Below, in pieces: positions 53,691-62,867 of a stretch of DNA of 64,000 bases. The stretch covers positions 970 to 64,969 of the forward strand of contig JBGSYN010000104.1 of the NCBI GenBank assembly GCA_041750975.1, in the 5' to 3' direction. Source of the DNA: Geminicoccaceae bacterium (GTDB taxonomy: Bacteria > Pseudomonadota > Alphaproteobacteria > Geminicoccales > Geminicoccaceae). The position numbers were made by a program, and so were the translations under genes. Numbering within the stretch: position 1 is the stretch's first letter; each line of letters begins with the position of its first letter. Below the pieces are notes generated by a model that saw only the letters and a list, made by a program, of their open reading frames with translations, had not been told where the DNA came from and ran no database searches.

Positions 53691-54602
53691 ATGACGGAGG
53701 AACCAAACGCCATGGCCGGACTTGCCGCCCCGCATAATCGACAACATGAGCAAAAAAGACCCGAAAACGAACTCGCACCCGGCCTATACGTCGTTGCGAC
53801 GCCGATTGGCAATCTCGAAGACCTGAGCGGCCGGGCGCGGCGCGTCCTGACTCGAGCCGATGTCGTGGTCTGTGAGGACACGCGTGTTTCCGGCAAACTG
53901 ATGCTTTATATCGGGCATCAGGCGAAGCTCCTGCCCTACCACGACCACAACGCCGCCCGCATGCGCCCGAAGTTGCTGGCCATGCTCAGAACCGGCGCCA
54001 GGCTCGCTCTGGTCACGGATGCCGGCACACCCTGCATTGCCGATCCTGGATTCAAGCTGGTGCGGGCCGCCCATGAGGCGGGTTTCCCGGTCTATGCCAT
54101 TCCGGGGCCGTCGGCGGTGATCGCGGCGCTGAGCACTGCCGGGTTGCCGACCGACCGATTCTACTTTCATGGTTTCCTCCCGGTGCAGTCGGCCAAGCGC
54201 CGGCGGCTGTTGGGAAGCCTTGCGAATATCCCTGGAACCCTGGTGTTTTATGAGACTGCGGTGCGTCTGGTGCGCCATTTGGAAGACTGTCGCGACGTCC
54301 TCGGCCCGCGCGATGCGGTGATCCTGCGCGAGCTCACCAAGCTGCATGAAGAGACGATCCGGGGAACATTGCCCGAACTTGTCGAGGCGTTGACGGCCCG
54401 CGATCAGCTCAAGGGCGAGATCGTGGTCCTGATCGCACCGCCGCTCGAGGAGGATGCGGACGACAGCCAGATCGACGACTGGCTGCGCGAGGAACTGCGG
54501 ACCGGCGGACCGAGTGCCGCCGCTGCCGCGGTAGCGGCGCGCTGCAGCCGGTCGCGCAGTGAGCTCTACAAGCGCTCCCTCGCCCTGCAGGAAGATAAAT
54601 GA
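53691..54602 (+). CDS. rsmI: 16S rRNA (cytidine1402-2'-O)-methyltransferase RsmI
   Basis: LYVVATPIGNLEDLS, EDTR and SDAGTP-like (TDAGTPCIADPG) motifs of the tetrapyrrole-methylase-fold RsmI family. An ATG at 53712 is an alternative start. Confidence 0.9.
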   Translation: MTEEPNAMAGLAAPHNRQHEQKRPENELAPGLYVVATPIGNLEDLSGRARRVLTRADVVVCEDTRVSGKLMLYIGHQAKLLPYHDHNAARMRPKLLAMLRTGARLALVTDAGTPCIADPGFKLVRAAHEAGFPVYAIPGPSAVIAALSTAGLPTDRFYFHGFLPVQSAKRRRLLGSLANIPGTLVFYETAVRLVRHLEDCRDVLGPRDAVILRELTKLHEETIRGTLPELVEALTARDQLKGEIVVLIAPPLEEDADDSQIDDWLREELRTGGPSAAAAAVAARCSRSRSELYKRSLALQEDK

Positions 54603-54937
54603 GCCGGGCTCCAGGCATCGGTGCCGAGCGTCTGGCCGGCTGGTTCCTGCGTCTCAAGGGCTATCGGATCCTGGCCCGCCGCTACGCCACCCCGCTCGGC
54701 GAGATCGATCTCGTGGCCGCGACCGGCGACACGCTGGTCTTCGTCGAGGTCAAGCGCCGCTCCAGCATCGATAAGGCCCTCGAGGCCCTGACCGCCCGGC
54801 AGCAGGCCCGCATCAAGCGCGCGGCGCAGCACTATTTGCAATATCATCCGGGCTTTCGCGACTGGGCCTGCCGGTTCGATCTGGTCGGCCTCGCCCCGTG
54901 GCGCTGGCCGCGGCATGCTGTCGCTGCCTGGGAGTAG
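54599..54937 (+). CDS. yraN: YraN family (UPF0102) endonuclease-like protein
   Basis: The sequence GAERLAGWFLRLKGYRILARRYATPLGEIDLVAATGDTLVFVEVKRR matches the YraN signature. It overlaps the rsmI stop. Confidence 0.85.
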   Translation: MSRAPGIGAERLAGWFLRLKGYRILARRYATPLGEIDLVAATGDTLVFVEVKRRSSIDKALEALTARQQARIKRAAQHYLQYHPGFRDWACRFDLVGLAPWRWPRHAVAAWE

Positions 54938-54949
54938 CAGGCTCGGGAA

Positions 54950-56020
54950 CTAAGGTGTCAGCCGGGCGTGCCGCAAAAGTTTTCGCGTCAATGTCGGCAG
55001 CGCCAGCGAGGCGAACCGTTCAGGCCGGCACCAGAAGCCATCGATCGGATCGGGCCGCGGCAAACCGCCGGTTTCGGCCCGGACCATCTCCAGATTGAGG
55101 GCGAAATGGGTGAAGACATGGCGCACGCTGCCGCCAAGGGCATGCCATTCGAGTGCCGGAACCGGGGCCGCCTTGTGCCAGTCCTCGGGTTCGAGCGGCG
55201 CTTCCAGCCAGGGCGTCGACGGCAGCTCGACCATGCCTCCGAGAAGACCTTCCTCGGGCCGGCGACGAAACAGGACGCCCCGATCGGCATGGTGCAACAC
55301 GAACGCCACCGCATGGCGCTCCGGCCGAGCGCTCTTCATGGGCCGCACCGGAATCTGCTCAACCAGCCCTTGCCGATGCGCCTCGCAATTCTGCTGCAGC
55401 GGGCACAAGGCGCAGACCGGCTGGCGCGGGCGGCAGATCATGGCGCCGAGTTCCATCAGGGCCTGGGCGCAATCGCTCGCCCGCTCCTCGGCCTCGAAGC
55501 GCGAGGCTGCCGCACGCACCTGCGGCATGATGGTCTTGGGCGGTGCCGGCAAGGCGTCCAGACGGGCCAGCACCCGCTCGACATTGCCGTCGACCGGCAC
55601 CACAGGGCGGCCGAACGCGATGGCGGCGACGGCATTGGCGGTATAGGCCCCGAGCCCCGGCAGTTCCCGCAATTCCGCAACCTCGTCCGGCAGCTTGCCG
55701 CCGTGACGCTCGACCACGGCGGCAGCGCAGCGATGCAGCAATCGTGCCCGGCGATAATAGCCGAGCCCCTGCCAGGCATGCAGCACGTCGTCGAGTGGGG
55801 CCGCCGCCAACACCTCGATCGACGGAAAACGTGCGATGAAGATGCGAAACCGCGGCGTGACGGTAGCCACCGTCGTTTGTTGCAGCATAACCTCGCTCAC
55901 CAGAACGTGGTAAGGGTCGGGCCGGTTGCCGGCGCGCGCACGCCATGGCAGATCGCGCCGGTGGCCGTCGTACCATGCGAGCAGCGACGCTCGCGGCGAT
56001 AACGGGTGTGCAGTAGTCAT
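54950..56020 (-). CDS. mutY: A/G-specific adenine DNA glycosylase MutY
   Basis: LLAWYDGHRRDLPWR, VSEVMLQQT, an HhH-GPD region (LPGLGAYTANAVAAIAF) and a 4Fe-4S Cys cluster (C-x6-C-x2-C-x5-C: CRPRQPVCALCPLQQNC). A C-terminal NUDIX-like domain is present. Confidence 0.9.
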   Translation of the reverse strand: MTTAHPLSPRASLLAWYDGHRRDLPWRARAGNRPDPYHVLVSEVMLQQTTVATVTPRFRIFIARFPSIEVLAAAPLDDVLHAWQGLGYYRRARLLHRCAAAVVERHGGKLPDEVAELRELPGLGAYTANAVAAIAFGRPVVPVDGNVERVLARLDALPAPPKTIMPQVRAAASRFEAEERASDCAQALMELGAMICRPRQPVCALCPLQQNCEAHRQGLVEQIPVRPMKSARPERHAVAFVLHHADRGVLFRRRPEEGLLGGMVELPSTPWLEAPLEPEDWHKAAPVPALEWHALGGSVRHVFTHFALNLEMVRAETGGLPRPDPIDGFWCRPERFASLALPTLTRKLLRHARLTP

Positions 56021-56042
56021 GCGGACCAAGACGGAAGTGCCG

Positions 56043-56552
56043 ATGAGTGAGCGAAGTGGCGAGGATGTGGAGTATAAGCGGGCCTACGGCAACCGCCACG
56101 TCGGCCGTCTCATCCTCAAGACGCTAGCTGCCCCCGCCCGGCGCCGCGGCTTCACCGAGGCGACTTTGCTCAACGAGTGGGACCGCGTCGTCGGCGTCAA
56201 CCTCGCCAGGCGCTGCCAGCCGGTTCGGATCCGCTTCCTGCCTGGCCGCAATGCCGGCGCTGTCCTGGAACTACGGGCACCGGGTGGGATCGCGCTCGAG
56301 ATCCAGCACGCCACGCCGCAGATCATCGAACGCATCAATCAGTATTTTGGCCGGCGGGCCGTGCGACAGTTGCGGATCGTGCAGGCGCCCCTGCCGGTAG
56401 TACCGCAGTCGGTACGGGCGATCTCGAGCCGGCCCCTGCGTGAGGACGAGCGCGCCTCGATCGAGGCCGAAGTCGGAACGATCGACCATGGCGGCCTGCG
56501 GGCCTCGCTCGCGGCATTGGGTGCTGCGATCAGAGGCTCCAGACCGGGCTAG
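56043..56552 (+). CDS. DUF721 domain protein (DciA family)
   Basis: LLNEWDRVVGVNLARRCQPVRIRF...GAVLELRAPGGIALEIQHATPQIIERINQYFG fits the DUF721/DciA pattern. It is divergent from mutY, which I recall as a common alphaproteobacterial arrangement. An ATG at 56019 is possible but would overlap the mutY start. Confidence 0.7.
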   Translation: MSERSGEDVEYKRAYGNRHVGRLILKTLAAPARRRGFTEATLLNEWDRVVGVNLARRCQPVRIRFLPGRNAGAVLELRAPGGIALEIQHATPQIIERINQYFGRRAVRQLRIVQAPLPVVPQSVRAISSRPLREDERASIEAEVGTIDHGGLRASLAALGAAIRGSRPG

Positions 56553-56644
56553 GTCCCGGCGAATTGAACGATTGCGGCTTGTTGCGGGAAACCTATCGGG
56601 CCATCTCTGCATCACCAGTTCGGCACCATTGACGGAGGCATTTC

Positions 56645-57232
56645 ATGAGAAGATCGGTTTTGTCCGCGGCGTGCGCCGCAATCGTTCTCGGCATTTCATC
56701 GCTCGGCGCGTTGGCCCAGGAGGTCTCGGAACGCGTCCTGGGCGATCCGAATGCACCGGTCGAGATCATCGAATATTCGTCGCTGACCTGTCCGCACTGC
56801 GCCTCGTTCCATACCGACACACTGCCAACGATCAAGGAAAACTATATCGACACCGGCAAGGCCAGGCTGGTGATGCGCGATTTCCCCTTGAACGAGCCGG
56901 CGGTGAAGGCCGCAGTGGTCGCCCATTGTGCCGGGGACGAGCGCTATTTCCGATTCCTCGATGCCCTCTTCAAGAATCAGGCGACCTGGGCGCAGGCGAG
57001 CGATATCGATGCCGCCCTGGTGCAGTTCGCGAAGGTCGGCGGCCTAAGTGAGGAGGCGACGCGCGCTTGCCTTGCCGATGAGGCCATGGAGGCGGCCGTG
57101 CTCGAAAGCCGGCTCGAAGGCGCCAGCGAATACGGCGTCAACTCGACCCCGACATTTGTCGTCAACGGCGAGGTGGTCCGCGGCACCATGGGACCGGAAG
57201 AATTTGTCGAACTGATCGAGGATCAGCTCTGA
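56645..57232 (+). CDS. Periplasmic thiol:disulfide oxidoreductase, DsbA family
   Basis: Signal peptide, a CPHC active site (SLTCPHCASFH) and a DsbA-like helical insertion. Confidence 0.85.
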   Translation: MRRSVLSAACAAIVLGISSLGALAQEVSERVLGDPNAPVEIIEYSSLTCPHCASFHTDTLPTIKENYIDTGKARLVMRDFPLNEPAVKAAVVAHCAGDERYFRFLDALFKNQATWAQASDIDAALVQFAKVGGLSEEATRACLADEAMEAAVLESRLEGASEYGVNSTPTFVVNGEVVRGTMGPEEFVELIEDQL

Positions 57233-57304
57233 TCGGCTAAACCGCCGCGCGAAACGGTTGGCCAAGCCGGGCCCGAGTGATATCGTGGGGCTACGACACA
57301 AGAT

Positions 57305-60300
57305 ATGGTAGCCCAGCCATTGCAAATCACCAGACTTCGCGTCAGCGGCTTCAAATCGTTCTCCGATCCTATCGAACTTGATATCGCGGACGGTCTGACC
57401 GGCGTGGTCGGGCCGAATGGCTGCGGCAAATCGAACATCGTCGAAGCGTTGCGCTGGGTCATGGGCGAAAGCTCGGCCAAAGGCTTGCGTGGCGGCGAGA
57501 TGGATGATGTCATTTTCAATGGCTCGTCCCTGCGGCCGGGCCATGACCTCGCCGAGGTCTGCCTCACGCTCAACGGCGATCTGACGCTGTTCGGCAGCGA
57601 CGGTGCCAGCGGTGAAGTCCAGATATCGCGGCGCATCGGCCGCGGCACGGGCTCGGTTTTCCGCATCAATGGCAAGGAGGCTCGCGCCCGCGACGTGCAG
57701 GTCGCCTTCGCGGATTTCTCCTCGGGTGCCCGCTCGGCCGCCATGGTCGGCCAGGGTCAGGTCGCCTTCATTGTCGAGGCCAAGCCGGAAGAACGCCGCC
57801 GGCTGCTGGAAGATGCGGCAGGTATCGGCGGCATGCATGCGCGGCGCCGCGAGGCCGAATTGAAGCTGCAGGCGACCGAAGCCAATCTGGTGCGGGTCAG
57901 CGATCGACTTGCGCAACAGCAGCACCATCGGGACGAGCTCGAAAAGCAGAGCCAGCAAGCCCGGCGCTTCGTTAAGCTTCAGGCCGATATCCGAAAGATC
58001 GACGCCATTCTGCATCTTGCGGAGCTCGACGCCGTCATCCGCGGCTCCGAGACGGCGCGCCGCGACCTTGCCGGGGCCGAAGCCGCCGGACGGATCGCCG
58101 CTGAAGGCATCGCCGCACTGAAGGCCCGGCGCCAGCAACTACAGGATGAGCTCGCGACCGTTCGCTCCGAAAGGGAAGCCAAGGCCGCAAGTCATGCCCG
58201 GCTCGCAGAAAGACTTGACGGGCTGCAGGCCGAATACGGCATGCGGGCGAGCCGGTTGGCGGAACTCGAGGACCATCAGGCGCGTCTTCTGGACGACGAA
58301 CGCCAGACCCGGTCCAGGCTCGAAAGCGGCGTCAATCTGCGCCGGACACTCGAGGCGAGGCTTGCGGCCTGGACCGACGAAGTTCAATCATTGCCTGCGA
58401 AAATCGAGGAACTTGAAAGCAGGGCTGGCATCGATTCCGCCCAACTGGAGCAGGCGACCTTGAAGCTTAGGGAACTGAGTGAGCAGCGCGCCGAGCTTCG
58501 GGCGACGCGGCAGTCGTTTGTGGATCGGGAATCGGCGCTCGCCCGCCGGGCGGAGATGGTGCGCAACCGGCTCGACGAGATCGACGCGCGGCTTGCAACC
58601 CTCGATTCCAATTCCCGACCCGCCCAAACCGATAGTCTCGATTGTGCGACGGATCTCGCGACCCAGCTCGATGCAGCCAAGAACCGGCGGCGTGCTCTGG
58701 TTGACGAGGCGGCGCAGATTCGCATCGCTCATGCCGAAGCGACAACCGCTCAGGCGACGCTGACGGAAGAAGCGCGTCGGCACGAGTTCAAGCAGCGCGA
58801 GGCCGAGGCCGATGCCAGACGGCTCGAGGATCGGCTCGACGAGATCGAAACGCAGTCCAAGCGGCTCGACCATCGCAAAAAGGGGCTCGACCAGGATCTA
58901 GGGGCAGCCCGCAACCGCCTCGGGGAACTGGCGGCGCAAAAACTCGGGGAACGGCTCGAAGCCGGCCGGCAAACCCGGCACGACGTCGAGCAATCTCAGG
59001 AAGCCGCCATTGCCGCTGAACATGAGGCCCGGGAACGGCTGGTTGCGGCCCAGGATCTTGCCGAGCAATTGAAGTCGCGGCTCGCCACCCTCGAGGCCGA
59101 GCAGCGGGCGCTCGAGCCGATGCTCGCAACCCAGGGCGATCAGCCCTTGTGGCGGGATCTCGTGGTCAAGGAGGGCTTCGAGCAAGCGCTGGCCGCGGCC
59201 TTGGGCGACGACCTCCTGGCCGACCACGATACTGCCGCGTCCGCTCATTGGTGCGAGACCTCCAAGCCGTTCGTCCAGTTATTGCCGGTCGGCGCAACAC
59301 CGCTTGGCGAGGTAGTGCAGGGCTCCGCCAAACTCTCGCCCCGGCTCTCCCAGATCGGTTACGTCGACAGCATCGACCGGGCCCGGGCATTGCAGGGGCA
59401 GTTACTGGTCGGTCAGCGTCTGGTTACGCGGGAAGGCGGGCTTTGGCGCTGGGACGGCTTTGTGCGTCTACCCGACGCCGCTGATCCCGGGGCCGCCAAG
59501 GTCCGTCAGCACCGGCGCTGGGTTACGCTCCTGGCCGAGACGGATCGGACGAAGGCTTCGATGCACGACGCGCAAACAGCGTTCGACGCCATCAGGGAGG
59601 CGCATCAGGCGGCTGCCCATGAGCGCGCCACGCTCGGCAAGCAACTCGATCTCGTGTCCCGCCAACTCGATGGCCTCGAACGCGATGAGGCGTCGCAACA
59701 GCGCGAGCATCGTTTCCTCATGGAGCGTGAAGGCGAGCTTGGCCGCGAATGCGAGGCGCTGGCGGGCGAACTGGAATCGCATCACCGGAAATGTGAGGCG
59801 CTCCGGACCAGCCTTTCCGCACTCGGTGATCTGGCGGCCCAGGCGCAACTGTCGGCGGAGATTGCAGCCCGGCTGCATTCAGCCACGGCAACCCTTGAAC
59901 AGCTCAGCTCCAGGCTCGGCGAGCTTGATCGCGCGCGCGATGGGGCCGATCTTGAGCTGGACGACATCGCCCAAAAGCTCGAGCAGGAGCGGATTCGGGC
60001 GGAGCAGGCACGCCGCGAACGCGACGCCGAATTGCTGCGCAAGCGCAGCGAATACGAAACCCTGCTGCGCGATCGGGCGCAGACCCAGGCCGATCTCGCC
60101 GAACTCGAGGCCGAGGTCGCGGCCTCGCAACCCGAGACGGAAGCTCTCCTCAGCCGACTGTCCGAACTCGACACGGCCCTCCTGGAGGCGCGGGGGGCGC
60201 TCGATGGTTTACAGGAACGTCAATCCGCGACGATCCGTGAACTGGGCGAGGCGCGGCAGAGACTGGCCGAGCTCAATCTGCAGTCGCGGCAGGCACGGCG

Positions 60301-61390
60301 CGAATTGGCGCAGCAGGAAAACGAGCGCCGTGAACTGGAAGCGCGGGCCCAGGACATGGTGCCACGCCTGCGGCATTATACGGAAGAGATCGAAGCGGCG
60401 CGCGCGGCGATGGCGGGCGAGGATGAACGGCGCCGGCTTGACGATGAGATCATGGCGATCGGTGCGGCCATCGCGGCTCTCGATCGGCGCATGACGGGGC
60501 TGAGCGAGAGCCAGGCCGAACTCGAGCGGGAATTCAGCGGCTTCGAGCAGAGCCTGATAGAGTCGCGCGAGCGGGTCGCTGTCTGTGCCCGCGATATCGA
60601 ACATGCCGAAGCGCGCGAAGTCGACGTACGCAGGGCTGCGGTCGAACGACTGGACCGCCTGCCACAGGAGCTTCGGGCGGAGCTCGATCAACTCGCGATG
60701 CCGGACGAGACCGAAATCCAGGCCCTCGCCGAACGGTTGCAGCGGTTTACGGCGTCGCGCGATCGCCTGGGGGCCGTCAATCTGCGGGCCGCCGAGGAGG
60801 TCGCAGAGCTTGAAACCGAGTTGGCGCGGACCCGCAAGGAGGAGGCGGAGTTGCAGGCCGCCGTCGAACGGCTCAAGCGCGGCATCGGCACGCTCAACAG
60901 CGAGGCCCGCCAGCGGCTGCAGGCGGTGTTCGGCACCGTCGACGATCATTTCCGCAGACTCTTCACGCGTCTCTTCGGCGGCGGCAGGGCGCATCTGCGG
61001 CTGGTCGATCTCGATGACCCACTGCGTGCCGGTCTGGAGCTCGAGGCGATGCCACCCGGCAAGAAGCTGCAGAATGTCGGGCTTCTGTCGGGCGGCGAGA
61101 AGAGCATGACGGCGCTGGCCCTCATTTTCGCCCTGTTTCTCACCCGGCCGAGCCCGCTCTGCGTGCTCGATGAGGTCGATGCGGCCCTCGACGATGCCAA
61201 TGTCGATCGCTTCATCCTGATGATGGATGAGATCGCCCGGGAAACCGGCACGCGCTTTCTTGTCGTCACCCACCACCCGCTCACCATGGCGCGGATGCAT
61301 CGCCTTTATGGCGTGACCATGGCCGAAAAGGGTGTATCGCGGCTGGTCTCGGTGGCGCTCGAGCAGGCCGTCGAGATGCGGGCGGCCTGA
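57305..61390 (+). CDS. smc: Chromosome segregation protein SMC (unusually long, 1361 aa)
   Basis: N-terminal head (LRVSGFKSFSDP...GVVGPNGCGKSNIVEALRWVMGE), a hinge around residues 620-740, a C-terminal head with the signature LSGGEKSMTALALIFA and Walker B LCVLDEVDAALD. Confidence 0.9.
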   Translation: MVAQPLQITRLRVSGFKSFSDPIELDIADGLTGVVGPNGCGKSNIVEALRWVMGESSAKGLRGGEMDDVIFNGSSLRPGHDLAEVCLTLNGDLTLFGSDGASGEVQISRRIGRGTGSVFRINGKEARARDVQVAFADFSSGARSAAMVGQGQVAFIVEAKPEERRRLLEDAAGIGGMHARRREAELKLQATEANLVRVSDRLAQQQHHRDELEKQSQQARRFVKLQADIRKIDAILHLAELDAVIRGSETARRDLAGAEAAGRIAAEGIAALKARRQQLQDELATVRSEREAKAASHARLAERLDGLQAEYGMRASRLAELEDHQARLLDDERQTRSRLESGVNLRRTLEARLAAWTDEVQSLPAKIEELESRAGIDSAQLEQATLKLRELSEQRAELRATRQSFVDRESALARRAEMVRNRLDEIDARLATLDSNSRPAQTDSLDCATDLATQLDAAKNRRRALVDEAAQIRIAHAEATTAQATLTEEARRHEFKQREAEADARRLEDRLDEIETQSKRLDHRKKGLDQDLGAARNRLGELAAQKLGERLEAGRQTRHDVEQSQEAAIAAEHEARERLVAAQDLAEQLKSRLATLEAEQRALEPMLATQGDQPLWRDLVVKEGFEQALAAALGDDLLADHDTAASAHWCETSKPFVQLLPVGATPLGEVVQGSAKLSPRLSQIGYVDSIDRARALQGQLLVGQRLVTREGGLWRWDGFVRLPDAADPGAAKVRQHRRWVTLLAETDRTKASMHDAQTAFDAIREAHQAAAHERATLGKQLDLVSRQLDGLERDEASQQREHRFLMEREGELGRECEALAGELESHHRKCEALRTSLSALGDLAAQAQLSAEIAARLHSATATLEQLSSRLGELDRARDGADLELDDIAQKLEQERIRAEQARRERDAELLRKRSEYETLLRDRAQTQADLAELEAEVAASQPETEALLSRLSELDTALLEARGALDGLQERQSATIRELGEARQRLAELNLQSRQARRELAQQENERRELEARAQDMVPRLRHYTEEIEAARAAMAGEDERRRLDDEIMAIGAAIAALDRRMTGLSESQAELEREFSGFEQSLIESRERVAVCARDIEHAEAREVDVRRAAVERLDRLPQELRAELDQLAMPDETEIQALAERLQRFTASRDRLGAVNLRAAEEVAELETELARTRKEEAELQAAVERLKRGIGTLNSEARQRLQAVFGTVDDHFRRLFTRLFGGGRAHLRLVDLDDPLRAGLELEAMPPGKKLQNVGLLSGGEKSMTALALIFALFLTRPSPLCVLDEVDAALDDANVDRFILMMDEIARETGTRFLVVTHHPLTMARMHRLYGVTMAEKGVSRLVSVALEQAVEMRAA

Positions 61391-61392
61391 CG

Positions 61393-61722
61393 GTGCCGGA
61401 AGACCCTGACCCGAACTTCGACGATTTCGATGCGCGGCTGCGCAAGGTGCGAGAGACGCATGATGGGCCGGCTGAAGACCACGCCGACCGCGGCAAGGTG
61501 CGTGGCCGCTTCGGCCCTGGAATTCAGGTCGGGATCGAGCTTTTGGCCGGGGTCGCGGGCGGTGCCTTGATGGGCTGGGGCCTTGATCAATGGCTCGACA
61601 CCACGCCCTGGTTCTTCCTGTTGCTGTTTTTTCTGGGCGCTGCGGCGGGCATGCTCAATGCGTGGCGATACCTGCGGCGATTTGCGTCGCCCGAGCAGAC
61701 TGGATCGAAACCGCCCGACTGA
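61393..61722 (+). CDS. atpI: ATP synthase protein I (AtpI/AtpZ-like)
   Basis: FDDFDARLRKVRE, followed by two TM helices (GIELLAGVAGGALMGWGLDQWL, WFFLLLFFLGAAAGMLNAW). It sits directly upstream of atpB. GTG start 2 nt after the smc stop. Confidence 0.75.
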   Translation: MPEDPDPNFDDFDARLRKVRETHDGPAEDHADRGKVRGRFGPGIQVGIELLAGVAGGALMGWGLDQWLDTTPWFFLLLFFLGAAAGMLNAWRYLRRFASPEQTGSKPPD

Positions 61723-61801
61723 GCAATGTGGCAGCGCGTGCCCGGCGACGGGGCGACCTGATTTGTTGTGCACAACGCGTTTTTGGAATTAGAGGGGCCA
61801 C

Positions 61802-62527
61802 GTGGAGATAGAGCCACTACATCAGTTCGAAATTTGGCCGATCATCGAGCTTACGGTCGAGCGCGTCGACGTGTCGTTCACGAACTCCTCGTTGTGGATG
61901 GCGATCGCTGTTGCCTGCGTCTATTACCTGATCATGGCCGGCACTCGGCATCACGCGCTCATTCCGGGCCGCCTGCAGTCCATTGTCGAGCTTTGCTACG
62001 AGTTCGTCGCCAGCCTCCTCCGGGACAACGCCGGCAAGGAAGGGATGCGGTTCTTCCCGCTGATCTTCACCCTCTTCATGTTCATTCTATTCGGCAACAT
62101 GCTGGGCATGATCCCCGGCTCCTTCACCTTCACCAGCCACATCATCGTCACCTTCTTCATGGCGGTCTGCGTCTGGATCGGCGTGACGGCCCTGGGCTTC
62201 TGGATCCACGGTGTCCGCTTCTTCAAATTCTTCGTGCCCGAAGGAGCGCCCGGGGCGATGCTGCCGCTCCTGGTGCCGATCGAGCTCATCTCCTACTGCG
62301 TGCGCCCGATCAGTCTCTCGGTCCGTCTGTTCGTCAACATGATGGGCGGCCACACCATGATGAAGGTGTTCGCGGCGTTCGTTGCCGCCCTCGGCGTCTT
62401 CGGCGTCGCCCCTCTGCTGGTGGTGGTGGCGTTGACCGGCTTCGAGTTCGCGGTGGCGTTCCTTCAGGCCTACGTCTTCACGGTACTGACTTGCATCTAT
62501 CTCAATGATGCGATCCATATGCACTAG
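61802..62527 (+). CDS. atpB: F0F1 ATP synthase subunit a
   Basis: The essential Arg region ISLSVRLFVNMMGGH and the C-terminal FAVAFLQAYVFTVLTCIYLNDA. GTG start. Confidence 0.92.
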   Translation: MEIEPLHQFEIWPIIELTVERVDVSFTNSSLWMAIAVACVYYLIMAGTRHHALIPGRLQSIVELCYEFVASLLRDNAGKEGMRFFPLIFTLFMFILFGNMLGMIPGSFTFTSHIIVTFFMAVCVWIGVTALGFWIHGVRFFKFFVPEGAPGAMLPLLVPIELISYCVRPISLSVRLFVNMMGGHTMMKVFAAFVAALGVFGVAPLLVVVALTGFEFAVAFLQAYVFTVLTCIYLNDAIHMH

Positions 62528-62609
62528 GCCTCAACGACCAAAAACATGTCGGCGCTTCGGTGACGACGGCTATCGCTTCCCCATAGTGTAGAAAACTGGA
62601 GAAAAATTG

Positions 62610-62834
62610 ATGGAACTCGAAGCAGCGAAGATGATCGGCGCCGGCCTTGCGACGATCGCCCTCTTTGGTGTCGGCATCGGCATCGGCAACGTGTTCGCGA
62701 CCCTGATCGCCACCGTCGGCCGCAATCCCTCCGTACAGCAGCGGGTCTTTCCTTTTGCGATTATCGGCTTCGCCTTGGTCGAGGCAGTTGGCCTCTTTGC
62801 CCTCCTGATCGCCTTCCTCGTGCTGTTCACCTGA
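62610..62834 (+). CDS. atpE: F0F1 ATP synthase subunit c
   Basis: 74-aa hairpin with [20 protein letters not shown], the loop RNPS, and the carboxylate helix [16 protein letters not shown]. Confidence 0.92.
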   Translation: MELEAAKMIGAGLATIALFGVGIGIGNVFATLIATVGRNPSVQQRVFPFAIIGFALVEAVGLFALLIAFLVLFT

Positions 62835-62867
62835 CCGGTTGCGCCAGGTCTTGATGCGAGACGTCGC

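Noticed and set aside
61765-61784. Palindrome GTTGTGCACAAC followed by a T-run between atpI and atpB, a possible attenuator or terminator.
   Set aside because: With a realistic loop the stem is only about 4 bp and AT-containing, too weak to call. A terminator between atpI and atpB would also be functionally odd.
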